Positions 19,123 to 29,437 of a stretch of DNA of 64,000 bases are shown in pieces (positions within the stretch are counted from its first letter, which is position 1; every line of letters starts with the position of its first letter). The position numbers and the translations under genes are program-made. The DNA is from Candidatus Bathyarchaeia archaeon. GTDB lineage: Archaea > Thermoproteota > Bathyarchaeia > Bathyarchaeales > Bathycorpusculaceae. The notes beneath the pieces are model-generated. The model searched no databases and had not been told where the DNA came from. It worked only from the letters and a program-made list of their open reading frames with translations. Where the stretch lies: assembly GCA_049521795.1 (NCBI GenBank), contig JBEKOM010000003.1, positions 96,001 to 160,000 of the forward strand. The letters are read 5' to 3'.

Positions 19123-19683
19123 TTAGCTTTTAAGCTGTGGCAAAAGCCTTCGTATCTCGTTAGTATCATTTGCCTTTACCGGCTTCAGGATTTCTGGGAG
19201 TCTCTTGCGGATGATTAAGGCTATTGGCAAGCCAACGAGTCCTCCAACTACTATCTGCAGCATGTTTGCTGGCACTTCGCCCAACGCTGCCCATCCTTCT
19301 TGAAGCGGGAAGAATTCGGCTAGGAAGTAGCCAGTTATCATTTCTGCTCCTGCAATGATCACGGCAAGAACGTCTCGTCGATAGCTGATTCTGTTGGAGA
19401 TTAATCCTGCAATGACGCCTTCTACGCCTTTTACCACTAAGGTAGATGGGGCAAAATAAGCATAGCCTCCAAGCACGTCTGATATGGCCGATCCGACCCC
19501 GCCAGCAAAACCCCCTACTACAGGGCCAAAGGTGAGCGCGCTTACAAAGATCATGATATCGCCGAAGTTTAGATATCCCCTTGTTGCTGGGATGTAGATT
19601 TGCACAGCAAAGGTTGTCACGGCCACGAGCGCCGCCATGACCCCCATCAGCGCGGCAGTTATTATCGAGAATCTGCTTTCCAT
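19123..19683 (-). CDS. ECF transporter substrate-binding S component
   Basis: GYLNFGD, GGVGSAISD, TLVVKG; about 6 TM segments. Confidence 0.88.
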   Translation of the reverse strand: MESRFSIITAALMGVMAALVAVTTFAVQIYIPATRGYLNFGDIMIFVSALTFGPVVGGFAGGVGSAISDVLGGYAYFAPSTLVVKGVEGVIAGLISNRISYRRDVLAVIIAGAEMITGYFLAEFFPLQEGWAALGEVPANMLQIVVGGLVGLPIALIIRKRLPEILKPVKANDTNEIRRLLPQLKS

Positions 19684-19971
19684 TTGGATCGTGCTCCATG
19701 CTTTCTCGCAGTCGATCGTAGGTCTAGTATAGTTGCAACTATAATGGTGGATGACCGTTTATAAGCGCGCGCACTGTCTTTCGCCGGATCAAGTTGAAAT
19801 TCTGAGGTACGTTGGAGGCATTTGAGTATCATCGGTTCCACTCTGCTGGACCAGTGTCAACAGTCAATCTTCTAGTGGACCTTTTTAATGTTTACATCAA
19901 TTGGTCGACGAGATGGGAAAACCTAAATGTGAGTCCAGCAATGATAGGTAGCGAGTTGTGAGTTGACGGTC

Positions 19972-20352
19972 ATGAGTCAAGAAGTGAAAGATGACCCCGT
20001 GAGAATGCATAGAGAGGCAATCACTCTTTTCGAGACAGGCAAATATAAGGAGGCCGAAGAAATCTTCTTGAAAACGGCTGAATTATATCATAAGGTGCAG
20101 AACTTCTTCTACTCGTCAGAGATGTACTACAAGGCCGGCGAGTGTGCCTACGCACTGAAAGAGTATGAGAAAGCAGTTGAGCATTTCACGAAGTCGGCAG
20201 AGCTGTCCTTCCAGAAGGGGTTTGACCGGTTCGGAGTCAGCGCCCTAGAGTACGAGAGAGACAGTTACAAGGCCTTACACAAGAATGCAAAGGTCAAGGA
20301 TTTAGACAAGAAAATTCAAGAAGTGAAGAAGAAACTGGAGACTACGTTCTAA
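19972..20352 (+). CDS. TPR-repeat protein
   Basis: Helical repeats G.Y.EA...F.K.AEL and Y.KA..HF.KSAEL. Confidence 0.7.
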   Translation: MSQEVKDDPVRMHREAITLFETGKYKEAEEIFLKTAELYHKVQNFFYSSEMYYKAGECAYALKEYEKAVEHFTKSAELSFQKGFDRFGVSALEYERDSYKALHKNAKVKDLDKKIQEVKKKLETTF

Positions 20353-20462
20353 ATACGCCGCCGACACTATGCTGCTCTTTTTTGGACTGAACAGGCCTGA
20401 AACAACGTTTATCTCTTAAGCTGATAAATGAGAAGCTGAGCATGTTTTAAGGGTCAACATCT

Positions 20463-22157
20463 ATGCCTACTCCTTTCAAGGCTCTTGCAGAATTAGGGGA
20501 AAAACTGGAAGCTACAACCAAACGTCTCTTGATGGTGGACCTTGCAGCAAGTTTCTTGATGAACGTAGAGTCTGATGAGACGGAACCCGCGGTTTCGATG
20601 ATTCTCGGGAGGCCTTTTCCAAGATGGGATCAGCGAACTCTTGAAGTGAGCTGGGCTACTCTTAGCGAAATCATAAAGTGCATAACGGGCGTTGATTGGG
20701 ACGTCTTCACAGAAGTCTTCAGCAAGACGGGCGACATCGGCGCGGCCACCAAGACGATCTTTGAAAACAGCAAAGTTAGAAAACAAACTGCCCTTTTTCG
20801 CACTCCGCTAACCATAACTGAAGTCAGGCGTAACCTGCAGACCATAGCAGAAACTTCTGGGTCAGGCTCAAGAGAGAGAAAAGAACGCATGATTGAAGCA
20901 CTTCTGAGTCAAGCCTCGCCGGTTGAGGCAAAGTATCTGGTCAAGATCTTCATCGGTGAGATGCGCACCGGTTTTCACGAAGGGCTGATGGAACAAGCAG
21001 TTTCTAAGGCCTTTCAAGTTCCACTGCGAGCCGTTCAAGAGGCAAGCATGATCACAGGCGACATCGGAGAGGTAGCGCACATCGCTAAGAGTGACGGTAA
21101 GCAAGGGCTGTTGAAGATAGGCTTCAAGGTTTTCAGGCCGGTAGGCCCTATGCTGGCCCAGATGGCTGACAGCGTAGCGCAGGCGTTGGAAGAGCACGAT
21201 GGCAAGACGGCGCTTGAGTACAAGTATGACGGTGCCAGAGTTCAAATCCACAAGTCAGGCGGCGACATCAAGATTTTCAGCCGCAGACTAAAAGACGTGA
21301 CGGACAGCTTACCAGAGATAGCGGACTTGGCAAGAAACAACTTGAAGGCAGAGGAAGCTATCTTGGAAGGCGAGGTTGTGGCCGTTGACAGTCAGGGTTA
21401 CCCGATTCCTTTCCAGCATCTGATGCGGAGGTTCAGAAGGGTTCATGGAATAGCGGGCGCAGCCGAAAGAATTCCTCTGAGGCTTTACCTTTTCGACGTC
21501 CTGTATCTCAACGGGCAAAACCTGATTTCCACGTCATACGTCCAACGGAGGCAAATACTTGCTGCAAACGCTGGCGGAATACCTATGACTTCGCAGATGG
21601 AGACGAGCGATGTTCGAGAGGCGGAGCAGTTTTTGAAGCAGGCCATGGACGCGGGGCATGAGGGTCTGATGGCCAAGAGGCTTGACAGCTTGTACACGCC
21701 TGGTATCCGCGGAAAACGTTGGCTAAAAATAAAGCCGATCCTCGAACCCTTAGACCTTGTCATAGTGGCGGCTGAGTACGGTTATGGACGGAGGCATGGG
21801 TGGCTTTCAGACTATTACTTGGCGGCACGCGATGCTGACACCGGCAAGTTTCTCACGGTAGGTAAGACCTTCAAAGGGTTGACAGACGCCGAAATAATCG
21901 GAATGACAAAACGTCTCAAAGAACTGACGATAAATCGCTCACCTAGAAGTGTGAGTGTGGTTCCGAGAATAGTTGTTGAAGTCGCATACAACGAAGTTCA
22001 GAGAAGCCCGAAATATGAATGCCATATGGCTCTGCGGTTCGCGAGGATCACGCGTATCAGAGAAGACAAAGCACCGGAGGAAGCGGACACGATTCAACGG
22101 GTCAGGCAAATCTATGAGGCACAGTTCCAGAAAAAAGGCAGATATACAACCGATTGA
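20463..22157 (+). CDS. lig: ATP-dependent DNA ligase
   Basis: EYKYDGARVQIH, EGLMAK, WLKIK, ALRFARI..IREDK. Confidence 0.96.
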   Translation: MPTPFKALAELGEKLEATTKRLLMVDLAASFLMNVESDETEPAVSMILGRPFPRWDQRTLEVSWATLSEIIKCITGVDWDVFTEVFSKTGDIGAATKTIFENSKVRKQTALFRTPLTITEVRRNLQTIAETSGSGSRERKERMIEALLSQASPVEAKYLVKIFIGEMRTGFHEGLMEQAVSKAFQVPLRAVQEASMITGDIGEVAHIAKSDGKQGLLKIGFKVFRPVGPMLAQMADSVAQALEEHDGKTALEYKYDGARVQIHKSGGDIKIFSRRLKDVTDSLPEIADLARNNLKAEEAILEGEVVAVDSQGYPIPFQHLMRRFRRVHGIAGAAERIPLRLYLFDVLYLNGQNLISTSYVQRRQILAANAGGIPMTSQMETSDVREAEQFLKQAMDAGHEGLMAKRLDSLYTPGIRGKRWLKIKPILEPLDLVIVAAEYGYGRRHGWLSDYYLAARDADTGKFLTVGKTFKGLTDAEIIGMTKRLKELTINRSPRSVSVVPRIVVEVAYNEVQRSPKYECHMALRFARITRIREDKAPEEADTIQRVRQIYEAQFQKKGRYTTD

Positions 22158-22179
22158 CAGCAGAATAGAATAGTGACGT

Positions 22180-23229
22180 GTGTTCATGCGTAGAACGAGC
22201 AAGTTTCCCTCATTCAACGAGTACTACAGTCGCCAAACCGTGCTGAAGGAGCTCGGAAAAAAGGGGCAGAGAAAACTTGCCCAGTCAAAGGTAGCCGTCG
22301 TTGGACTAGGTGGCCTGGGAACAGCTTCATCACTTTATCTAGCGCTCGCCGGAGTCGGCCACCTGCGCCTGATAGACCAGGATACGGTTGAGCTCGCTAA
22401 CCTGCACAGGCAGATCCTTTACGGTCTAGAAGATCTGCACTATCCGAAGGCTGAGGTCTCAGCCAAAAGACTGCGAAAGATGAACCCGCTTGTGAAAGTC
22501 GAGCCTGTCTCAGAGAATGTGAACATCAACAACGTTGAAAAGCTCCTAGCCGGCGTGGACTGCGTCGTTGACGGCTTGGACAACATGCGCACGCGTTACC
22601 TGGTCAACCGCGCGTGCGCAAAGCTTAGGATTCCGTATGTTTTTGGAGCGGCCATAGGAATTGAAGGCAACCTTTCAGTCTTCGCCGTGCCTGAAACACC
22701 ATGCTTGGAGTGCATCTTGCCAAGTGTTAAGGATAACAATTTAGAGACGTGCGACCTGAGAGGCGTGCTCGGCGCCACGGCCGGCATAATTGGCACGATG
22801 CAAGCTATGGAAGCGATAAAGGTGTTGACTGGCATAGGCTCGCCGCTTAAGGGTAAGCTGATGATCTGCGATTTCGCTGACATGTACTTCACCACGATAG
22901 ACGTTTTCAGAAGACCCGGCTGCCCAGCGTGCCAAGGCAACGTTGGCATGCCGAAAAGTAAGGAAAAACTTGCCTGGCTCTGTGGAAGAGACACGGCGAA
23001 CATTAACCCTGAAGAGCCGATGAAGATGGGCCTCAGCGAAGCCTATCAGCTCATCAAGCCGCATTTCAAAGTGCGAATAAAGTCCAGACTTGCAATAATA
23101 TTCAGTTACATGACCTTTGAAATCACTCTGTTCAACGGCGGACGGATGTTGATAAAGAACGTCAAGAATGAGAAGTCGGCCCTAGACGTTTACAGAGACG
23201 TAAGAAAGAAGCTCGATGAGGGCCGATAA
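22180..23229 (+). CDS. ThiF/MoeB/HesA family E1-like adenylyltransferase
   Basis: YSRQ, GLGGLG, NLHRQ, PCLEC, CPAC; extra C-terminal domain. Confidence 0.92.
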   Translation: MFMRRTSKFPSFNEYYSRQTVLKELGKKGQRKLAQSKVAVVGLGGLGTASSLYLALAGVGHLRLIDQDTVELANLHRQILYGLEDLHYPKAEVSAKRLRKMNPLVKVEPVSENVNINNVEKLLAGVDCVVDGLDNMRTRYLVNRACAKLRIPYVFGAAIGIEGNLSVFAVPETPCLECILPSVKDNNLETCDLRGVLGATAGIIGTMQAMEAIKVLTGIGSPLKGKLMICDFADMYFTTIDVFRRPGCPACQGNVGMPKSKEKLAWLCGRDTANINPEEPMKMGLSEAYQLIKPHFKVRIKSRLAIIFSYMTFEITLFNGGRMLIKNVKNEKSALDVYRDVRKKLDEGR

Positions 23230-23263
23230 ACCTATTTACCCGAGTTTCAGCGATCTCTAGATT

Positions 23264-23336
23264 GCCGGGGTGGCCGAACGGTTCAGGCGGTTGCCTGCAG
23301 AGCAGCTATATATGGGTTCAACTCCCATCCCCGGCT
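23264..23336 (+). tRNA. tRNA-Cys(GCA), intronless, CCA not encoded
   Basis: GCCGGGG/CCCCGGC acceptor stem, anticodon arm GTTGC-CTGCAGA-GCAGC, T arm ATGGG-TTCAACT-CCCAT, U73 discriminator. Confidence 0.95.
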
Positions 23337-23493
23337 CTCAGATTTTGGTGTGTTGAGAAGTCTTATCTGGTGGGCTCCAGGAACCTACCCCTCCTAGGTT
23401 TCAATGTACCATGAATATTTGGATCCAAATATGCCTACATCAAAAGGCGCGCGCGCCTAAGTGCATGAATGGCTCAGCTTTTGTCGATCCAAT

Positions 23494-25431
23494 TTATGGA
23501 ATGGTACCGTACGCGCTCTTGGCCAGAGGCTTTGGCTTGATCAGCAACAGCAAAGCGGAATTGATTACTACTGATATGCATCCGGCTTCTGCAAGAACAA
23601 CGGCTAATACTGGATTCAGGATGCCAAAGGCGGCTAAACTCAATGCGACAATGTTCCAGATAAACGCGTAAACTATGTTCCCCTTCATTCTGTTAAACGC
23701 CTTTCGACTCAGACTAATCGCGTATTCAACCTTTGTCAAGTCGTCTCCAAGCAGAGCCACGTCAGCAGTCTCTACAGCCACATCGCTGCCAGCCGCGCCC
23801 ATCGCAAACCCAACATCCGAATTGGCCAACGCGGGAGCATCATTCACACCATCACCAACCATCGCAACAACATTGCTCTTTCTCAGTTCCTCAATGACCG
23901 AGACTTTTTGTTCAGGCAGAAGCTCAGCATGGTACTCATCAATCCTGATCTGCTCAGCTATAGATTTGGCAGTCCGCATGTTATCGCCAGTTAACATGAC
24001 AGTTTTGACTCCTAAACGCTTAAGCCTCAGTATAGCTTCCAAAGAATTCTCCCTGACTGTGTCAGCCACAACGACGACGCCAATTACATTTTTGTCAAGT
24101 GCCACGGGAATAGCTGTTTTCCCCTCGCTTTCAACCCGATTCATCAATTGATTCGCTTCTTCTGAAATCTCCGTTTCCATCATCTTAGTTCCAATCAGGA
24201 TATGCTTGTTTCCATAATGGGCATCCACGCCATGCCCTGGAATAATTTTGAAGTCTGTAGGGTCAGGAATATTCATGTTCATCTCAGTTGCCTTAGCGAT
24301 GATGGCTTTAGATAAGGGGTGTTCTGAGAATTTCTCAGCAATTGCTGCATACTTAATTACGTCTGCCTCAGAGCAATTACCCAAAGTTTTTATCCCAACA
24401 ACCTTGGGTTCGCCAAGGGTTAACGTGCCAGTTTTGTCGAAGGCCACCAGGTTAACGTCCTTTAGCTTTTCGATGTGTGTGCCACCCTTGATTATTATGC
24501 CGTTCATGCTAGCATTACCGATAGTGCCTGCAACGGCGACGGGAACAGCTATCGAAAGAGCGCAAGGGCATGCGACTAAGAGAACAGTCACGGTTCTAGC
24601 AAGTGCCACGTCAAAACCAAGTGCGAAATAACTGACGGCAAAGACAGAAGATGCCAAAACTGCCATGATTGGTAAGAAGTAAGTGGTAAACCTGTCTGCA
24701 ACGTTCTGTATTGGTGCTTTTTTCTCTTGAGCTTCTTCGACAAGTTGGATGAGGTGAGCGAGTGTAGTGTCTTCAGCGATTTTTTCAACTCTAATTTCTA
24801 ATGCTCCATGTTCATTGAGTGTGCCAGCAAATGTGCGGTCCCCTATTGTCTTTTCTACTGGAATTGACTCGCCAGTTATAGTTGCTTGGTTAACGGTGCT
24901 CTGTCCGGAAACTACTGCTCCGTCAACGGGTATCTTGTCACCTGGTTTGACTAAGACGATTTCGCCTATCTTGACCTCGTCTACGGGTACTTCAACTTCT
25001 GCGCCGTCTCGACGTATGCGAGCTGTGCTGGGGCTCATGTTTATGAGCTTCTCAAGCGCGCCTCTGGTTCTGTGGATAATGTAATCTTCAAGGGTCATAC
25101 CTGCAAGTATTATGAACGCCACTATCGCTGATGCTGTAAGGTAACCAACTGCTTCTGCCGTGCCAGTGGCTGATGCTGAAGGTAGTACGAGACCCGCCAC
25201 TACTGAAATGAAAATTGCAATTGTTGCAAACAATTGGGCAGTAACGTTCCCATGCAGAAGGGATCGAATGCCGTGCACATAGATGCGGTAGCCTAAGGCA
25301 ACAGCGATCAAAGTCAAAGCAATGCTAATTTCATGCGCGCAAGTCACTTGAGTCCCAGAAATTAGGGCACCTGCTAAAGCGAATAGCCCAAGTGAAGCGA
25401 CTAGAACTACACCTTGAACATGTTCTCTCAT
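23494..25431 (-). CDS. Heavy-metal translocating P1B-type ATPase
   Basis: TGES, CPC, DKTGT, SEHPL and GDGVNDAP motifs. Confidence 0.95.
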   Translation of the reverse strand: MREHVQGVVLVASLGLFALAGALISGTQVTCAHEISIALTLIAVALGYRIYVHGIRSLLHGNVTAQLFATIAIFISVVAGLVLPSASATGTAEAVGYLTASAIVAFIILAGMTLEDYIIHRTRGALEKLINMSPSTARIRRDGAEVEVPVDEVKIGEIVLVKPGDKIPVDGAVVSGQSTVNQATITGESIPVEKTIGDRTFAGTLNEHGALEIRVEKIAEDTTLAHLIQLVEEAQEKKAPIQNVADRFTTYFLPIMAVLASSVFAVSYFALGFDVALARTVTVLLVACPCALSIAVPVAVAGTIGNASMNGIIIKGGTHIEKLKDVNLVAFDKTGTLTLGEPKVVGIKTLGNCSEADVIKYAAIAEKFSEHPLSKAIIAKATEMNMNIPDPTDFKIIPGHGVDAHYGNKHILIGTKMMETEISEEANQLMNRVESEGKTAIPVALDKNVIGVVVVADTVRENSLEAILRLKRLGVKTVMLTGDNMRTAKSIAEQIRIDEYHAELLPEQKVSVIEELRKSNVVAMVGDGVNDAPALANSDVGFAMGAAGSDVAVETADVALLGDDLTKVEYAISLSRKAFNRMKGNIVYAFIWNIVALSLAAFGILNPVLAVVLAEAGCISVVINSALLLLIKPKPLAKSAYGTIP

Positions 25432-25715
25432 GGAATCCCTCTGGATTCAATCTCGACTCGATAGCCTAGTCTTACCAAGCGCTCAGCAAATTTAGAGTAG
25501 CTGATTTTTTGTGAGTCGTATTCTATTGTAACTTTGCCTGTTACTTCATCAACCTTGACTTTTGACACCCCATTCAACCTTGCAAGTGCATGCCTCATGT
25601 TTTCCGCCGCATAATCAGTTGCGCATGTTTTGCATCCAGCGCACTCCATTTTTTGAGTCCTTAGCACTATTTTCTCCATGGCCATGTTCAGAATCTCCTT
25701 TTTTTCATGAGGCAA
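25428..25715 (-). CDS. Heavy-metal-associated (HMA) domain chaperone
   Basis: M.CAGCKTC metal loop, L..L.GV..V.VD, LGY; overlaps the ATPase start. Start uncertain. Confidence 0.8.
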   Translation of the reverse strand: MPHEKKEILNMAMEKIVLRTQKMECAGCKTCATDYAAENMRHALARLNGVSKVKVDEVTGKVTIEYDSQKISYSKFAERLVRLGYRVEIESRGIP

Positions 25716-25771
25716 TTGTGAGTCTATTCTTGATATTCGCTGTCTGCAGTTAAATGCTAGAACGTATTCAA

Positions 25772-25789
25772 ATATTTAAATCTGTTGTT
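25772..25789 (-). promoter_or_regulatory. TATA-containing promoter/operator motif for the HMA-ATPase unit
   Basis: Minus strand reads AACAACnnATTTAAATAT; the same motif lies upstream of the ArsR gene (26252-26269). Confidence 0.55.
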
Positions 25790-25835
25790 TTGAATTTGCC
25801 TTACTTTGCGAGAATCTAAAGGTTTCTTATGAACG

Positions 25836-26222
25836 TCAAAGAATGCTCAGTTTGCGCATACCCTTGATAAGCTCGATATTAGCTATGCCGTAGAAAACCC
25901 ATTTGCCTTGTTTTCTATCCTTCACCAGTTCAGCATTTTGCAATATTCCCAGATGATGAGATGCGGTCGGCTGAGTAAGATTTAAAGCAGCCGTGACCTC
26001 GCAAACGCACATTTCTCGAACCAACAATAGCCCCAGAATTCTCAGCCTTGTCGAATCTGCAAGAGCTTTGAAGACTTTGCTCTTTCTTGAGGCGTTTTCT
26101 TTGCTCATGTTCTTGTTAGCTAGTTTCTCTAGTTCGGCAGCATATTCTGAAGCACTTTCACTGGAACAAATGCCTGCATCGGCTAGTCGTTGCAGTCTTC
26201 TCTCTATTTTTGATGTTGGCAT
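25836..26222 (-). CDS. ArsR/SmtB family transcriptional repressor
   Basis: FKALADSTRLRIL, EMCVCEV, QPTASHHL, GKWVFY. Confidence 0.93.
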   Translation of the reverse strand: MPTSKIERRLQRLADAGICSSESASEYAAELEKLANKNMSKENASRKSKVFKALADSTRLRILGLLLVREMCVCEVTAALNLTQPTASHHLGILQNAELVKDRKQGKWVFYGIANIELIKGMRKLSIL

Positions 26223-26251
26223 GAGACTTCAATTGAGTGATGGCGAATAAC

Positions 26252-26269
26252 ATATTTAAATGCGTTGTT
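26252..26269 (-). promoter_or_regulatory. TATA-containing promoter/operator motif between the arsR-like gene and arsC
   Basis: 16/18 match to the motif at 25772-25789. Confidence 0.55.
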
Positions 26270-26290
26270 CTATGCTTCAGTGAGAGGTGG

Positions 26291-26692
26291 ATGAAAATGA
26301 AGAGAGTACTTTTTGTGTGTGTCGAAAACGCTGGCAGGAGCCAGATGGCAGAAGCCTTTACCAATCATTATGGAAAGGGAAAGTTCACAGCCTCTAGCGC
26401 AGGTATCAAGTTAGCCGAGAAGGTGAATCCTGTAGTTGTTGAAGCCATGAAAGAGAAGGGCATCGACATCTCAATGAACCTGCCGAAACTGCTGACTCCA
26501 AAGATGTTGGAAGAAGCAGATCTGATCGTGACGATGGGCTGTGGCGCGGCAGACCTGTGTCCAGGTCCTTTTTTCAAAGCAACTGTGGATTGGGGACTCG
26601 AAGATCCAAAGAGCAAACCGATAGAGAAAGTCCGGGAAATCAGAGATGAAATAGAAAGAAGAGTGAGAACATTGATTGACCAAAGCATCTGA
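26291..26692 (+). CDS. arsC: Thioredoxin-coupled arsenate reductase (LMW-PTP fold)
   Basis: CVENAGRSQMAE P-loop, resolving pair TMGC...CP, W.LEDP. Confidence 0.88.
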   Translation: MKMKRVLFVCVENAGRSQMAEAFTNHYGKGKFTASSAGIKLAEKVNPVVVEAMKEKGIDISMNLPKLLTPKMLEEADLIVTMGCGAADLCPGPFFKATVDWGLEDPKSKPIEKVREIRDEIERRVRTLIDQSI

Positions 26693-26790
26693 TAGCGCGC
26701 GCATACTGACCTATCACTTTTTTATGAACAAAAGATGTGTATTTTTGAATGACGTGATCTGGGAGTGAACGTCCGACAGAAGGTCCAGAA

Positions 26791-29222
26791 TTGGCCGAGA
26801 AGACCGTAGACTATAGTCAGATGACGACGGAGAATACAATCAAATCTCTGCAGTCGAATCCAAGCCTTGGACTTGCAACGGGCGAGGTTGCGACCCGACT
26901 GAGGCAATATGGGCACAATGAAATCCCAGAGAAAAAACCTAACCCACTGAGGATGTTTGCAAGCAAGTTCTGGGGTCTCACCGCATGGATGCTTGAGATC
27001 ATAATGGTTCTTTCAGGGCTCCTCCACAATTACTCAGACCTGTACATCGTGACAGGGCTTCTTGTCTTCAATTCGATACTGGGTTTTGAAGAAGAACAGA
27101 GAGCATCAAGCGCAGTGGAATCACTGAAACTAAAGCTACAAGTTAACGCGAGAGTCCTCAGAGACGGCTCTTGGACAAACGTGACCGCGCGAGAATTGGT
27201 CCCGGGGACATAATCAGAACGCGGTCCGGAGACTTCGTGCCAGCCGACGTGAAGATAACAGATGGCGAATTAGGCGTCGACCAATCAGCCTTGACGGGTG
27301 AGTCAATGACAATAGACAAGAAGCCAAGTGATATTCTGTATTCTGGCTCCATTGTCAAGAGAGGCGAATCGAACGGCATCGTCGTATCAACAGGGTTGAA
27401 AACGTATTTTGGAAGAACTGTCCAGTTGGTGCAGCTTGCAAGGCCAAAACTACACATGGAAGAAGTCATTTCCAACGTGGTCAAGTGGCTTCTGATCATA
27501 GTTGCTTCGTTGATCATAGTGGCCGTCACCCTTTCAGCATATGATAGAATCAGTCTTCGGGACGTGCTGCCCATAGCCCTAGTCCTGTTATTGTCTGCGA
27601 TACCCGTTGCCTTGCCCGCGATGTTCACTGTCAGCATGGCTTTGGGCTCCATGGAGTTGGCCAAGAAAGGCGTACTTGTAACCAGACTCAGCGCTTCTGA
27701 AGATGCGGCCACGATGAGTGTGCTCTGCGCAGACAAGACGGGCACAATAACAGTGAACAAGCTTTCAGTGGCAAACGTAATCCCCCTGAACGGGTTTACT
27801 GAAAAAGACGTAGTACTTTACGGTGCCCTGGCTTCTCAAGAGGCTAACCAAGACCCTATAGACAACGCCTTCATCGCCAAAGCCAAACTGGAAAATCTGC
27901 CCATTTCTTCGTTTGTACAGAAAGGTTTTGTTCCCTTTGACGCGAAAACACGGAAAACTGAAGCCTTGGTGCAAGGAGATAACAATGAATTCAAGGTTAT
28001 GAAGGGAGCTGTTAGCGTCATAGCCAAAGCATGTGGGCTTCAAGAGGACTCTGTAAGAGACTTAGAATCGCGGATGAGCATGTTTGCCGAAAAAGGGTAC
28101 AGAACTCTGGCAGTCGCGAGAGCACATGATCACAAGTCTCAGGATATCGTCGGTCTGGTGGCTCTTTACGACATGCCTAGAGCTGATTCAAAGCAGCTGA
28201 TACAGGAGCTCAAGCACTTAGGGATATCAGTGAAGATGTTGACAGGAGACGCTCTTGCAATAGCGAAGGAAGTTGCAGCTGAAGTGGGGCTGGGCGAACG
28301 GGTAATTAGAGCTGCGGAGCTGAAAGAATTCGTAAGAGAAAACGCGATAGAGGCAGCGCAGGCGGCCGAGAAGAGTGATGGGTTCGCGGAGATATATCCT
28401 GAGGACAAATATGCGATCGTCAAGAGTCTTCAGGCCGCAGGGCAGGTTGTGGGCATGACGGGTGACGGTGTGAATGATGCACCAGCGCTGAAACAGGCGG
28501 AAGTCGGCATAGCCGTGAACACTGCAACAGATGTAGCCAAGGGCGCAGCTAGTGTCGTCCTGACTAATGAGGGTTTGACCAGCATTGTCGATTTGGTTCG
28601 GAATGGAAGAGTGATCTATGAAAGAATATCTGCATGGGTATTAAGCAAGATAGTGAGAACTCTGCAGACTGCCATCTTCGTGGTATTAGCCTTTATCTTG
28701 ACGGGTAGTTACGTCGTGTCGGCGTTCGCCATAGTGCTTCTCTTCTTTATGACCGACTTCGTCAAAATAGCATTATCCACAGACGATCTGAAATGGTCAC
28801 AGAAACCTAACACTTGGAACGTAGCCGGCATAGTAAAAACGTCCCTCGTGCTCAGCACGCTGATCGTTATCGAATCATTCGGGCTGCTGTACGTGGGACT
28901 CAACGTGTTCCATTTAAGTGCAGCCGACGAAACCCTGTACACGTACAGTTTTGAAATACTATTCTACTCCGCCATGTTCCTGATATTCAACGTAAGAGAA
29001 AGAGGGCATTTCTGGGAGTCAAGACCAAGCAAGACCCTGCTGACAGCAATGATACTGAGCATGATTGCCGCAACAATAGTGGCGACGACGGGAATCCCAG
29101 GCCTCAAACCTCTACCCTTAGCTGAAACTCTGCTTGTGGCATTCTGCACTGCAACGTTCTCACTAACACTCAATGATCTGGCCAAGTTCCTCTTTGTGAA
29201 GAGGACGAAAACAGAATGGTAA
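26791..29222 (+). pseudogene. P3A plasma-membrane H+-ATPase split by a frameshift at ~27204-27207
   Basis: ORF1 ends ...ARELVPG and ORF2 continues PGDIIR, DQSALTGES, IPVALP, DKTGT, GDGVNDAP. One G is missing in the CCCGGGGAC run. Confidence 0.85.
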
Positions 29223-29437
29223 TACTATACTGAAAATCCAGGCTGCTTCGATTCCTTTGCGTGCGCTGTGCGTGTAGTCGACCTTTTGTAGCATGCGCTA
29301 ATAAAATGAACAGGAGCCAAGGGCTCGGCATGAACGAGCGTATCACCCGCCAAGAGACTAGGTACGTTGTGCTGTAACATGAGAGTCACAAGTGCTTTAA
29401 TATCGCAAAACGTCAAATCATCAGTGGAGAGACATGG

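Noticed and set aside
19740-19960. Possible replication origin (ORB-like GTTCCA/TTGAAAT words)
   Set aside because: No repeated ORB with a G-string, and no cdc6/orc1 gene nearby.
23368-23400. TGGTGGGCTCC.. as an attR copy or second tRNA
   Set aside because: It does not match the tRNA-Cys 3' end and no cloverleaf can be formed.
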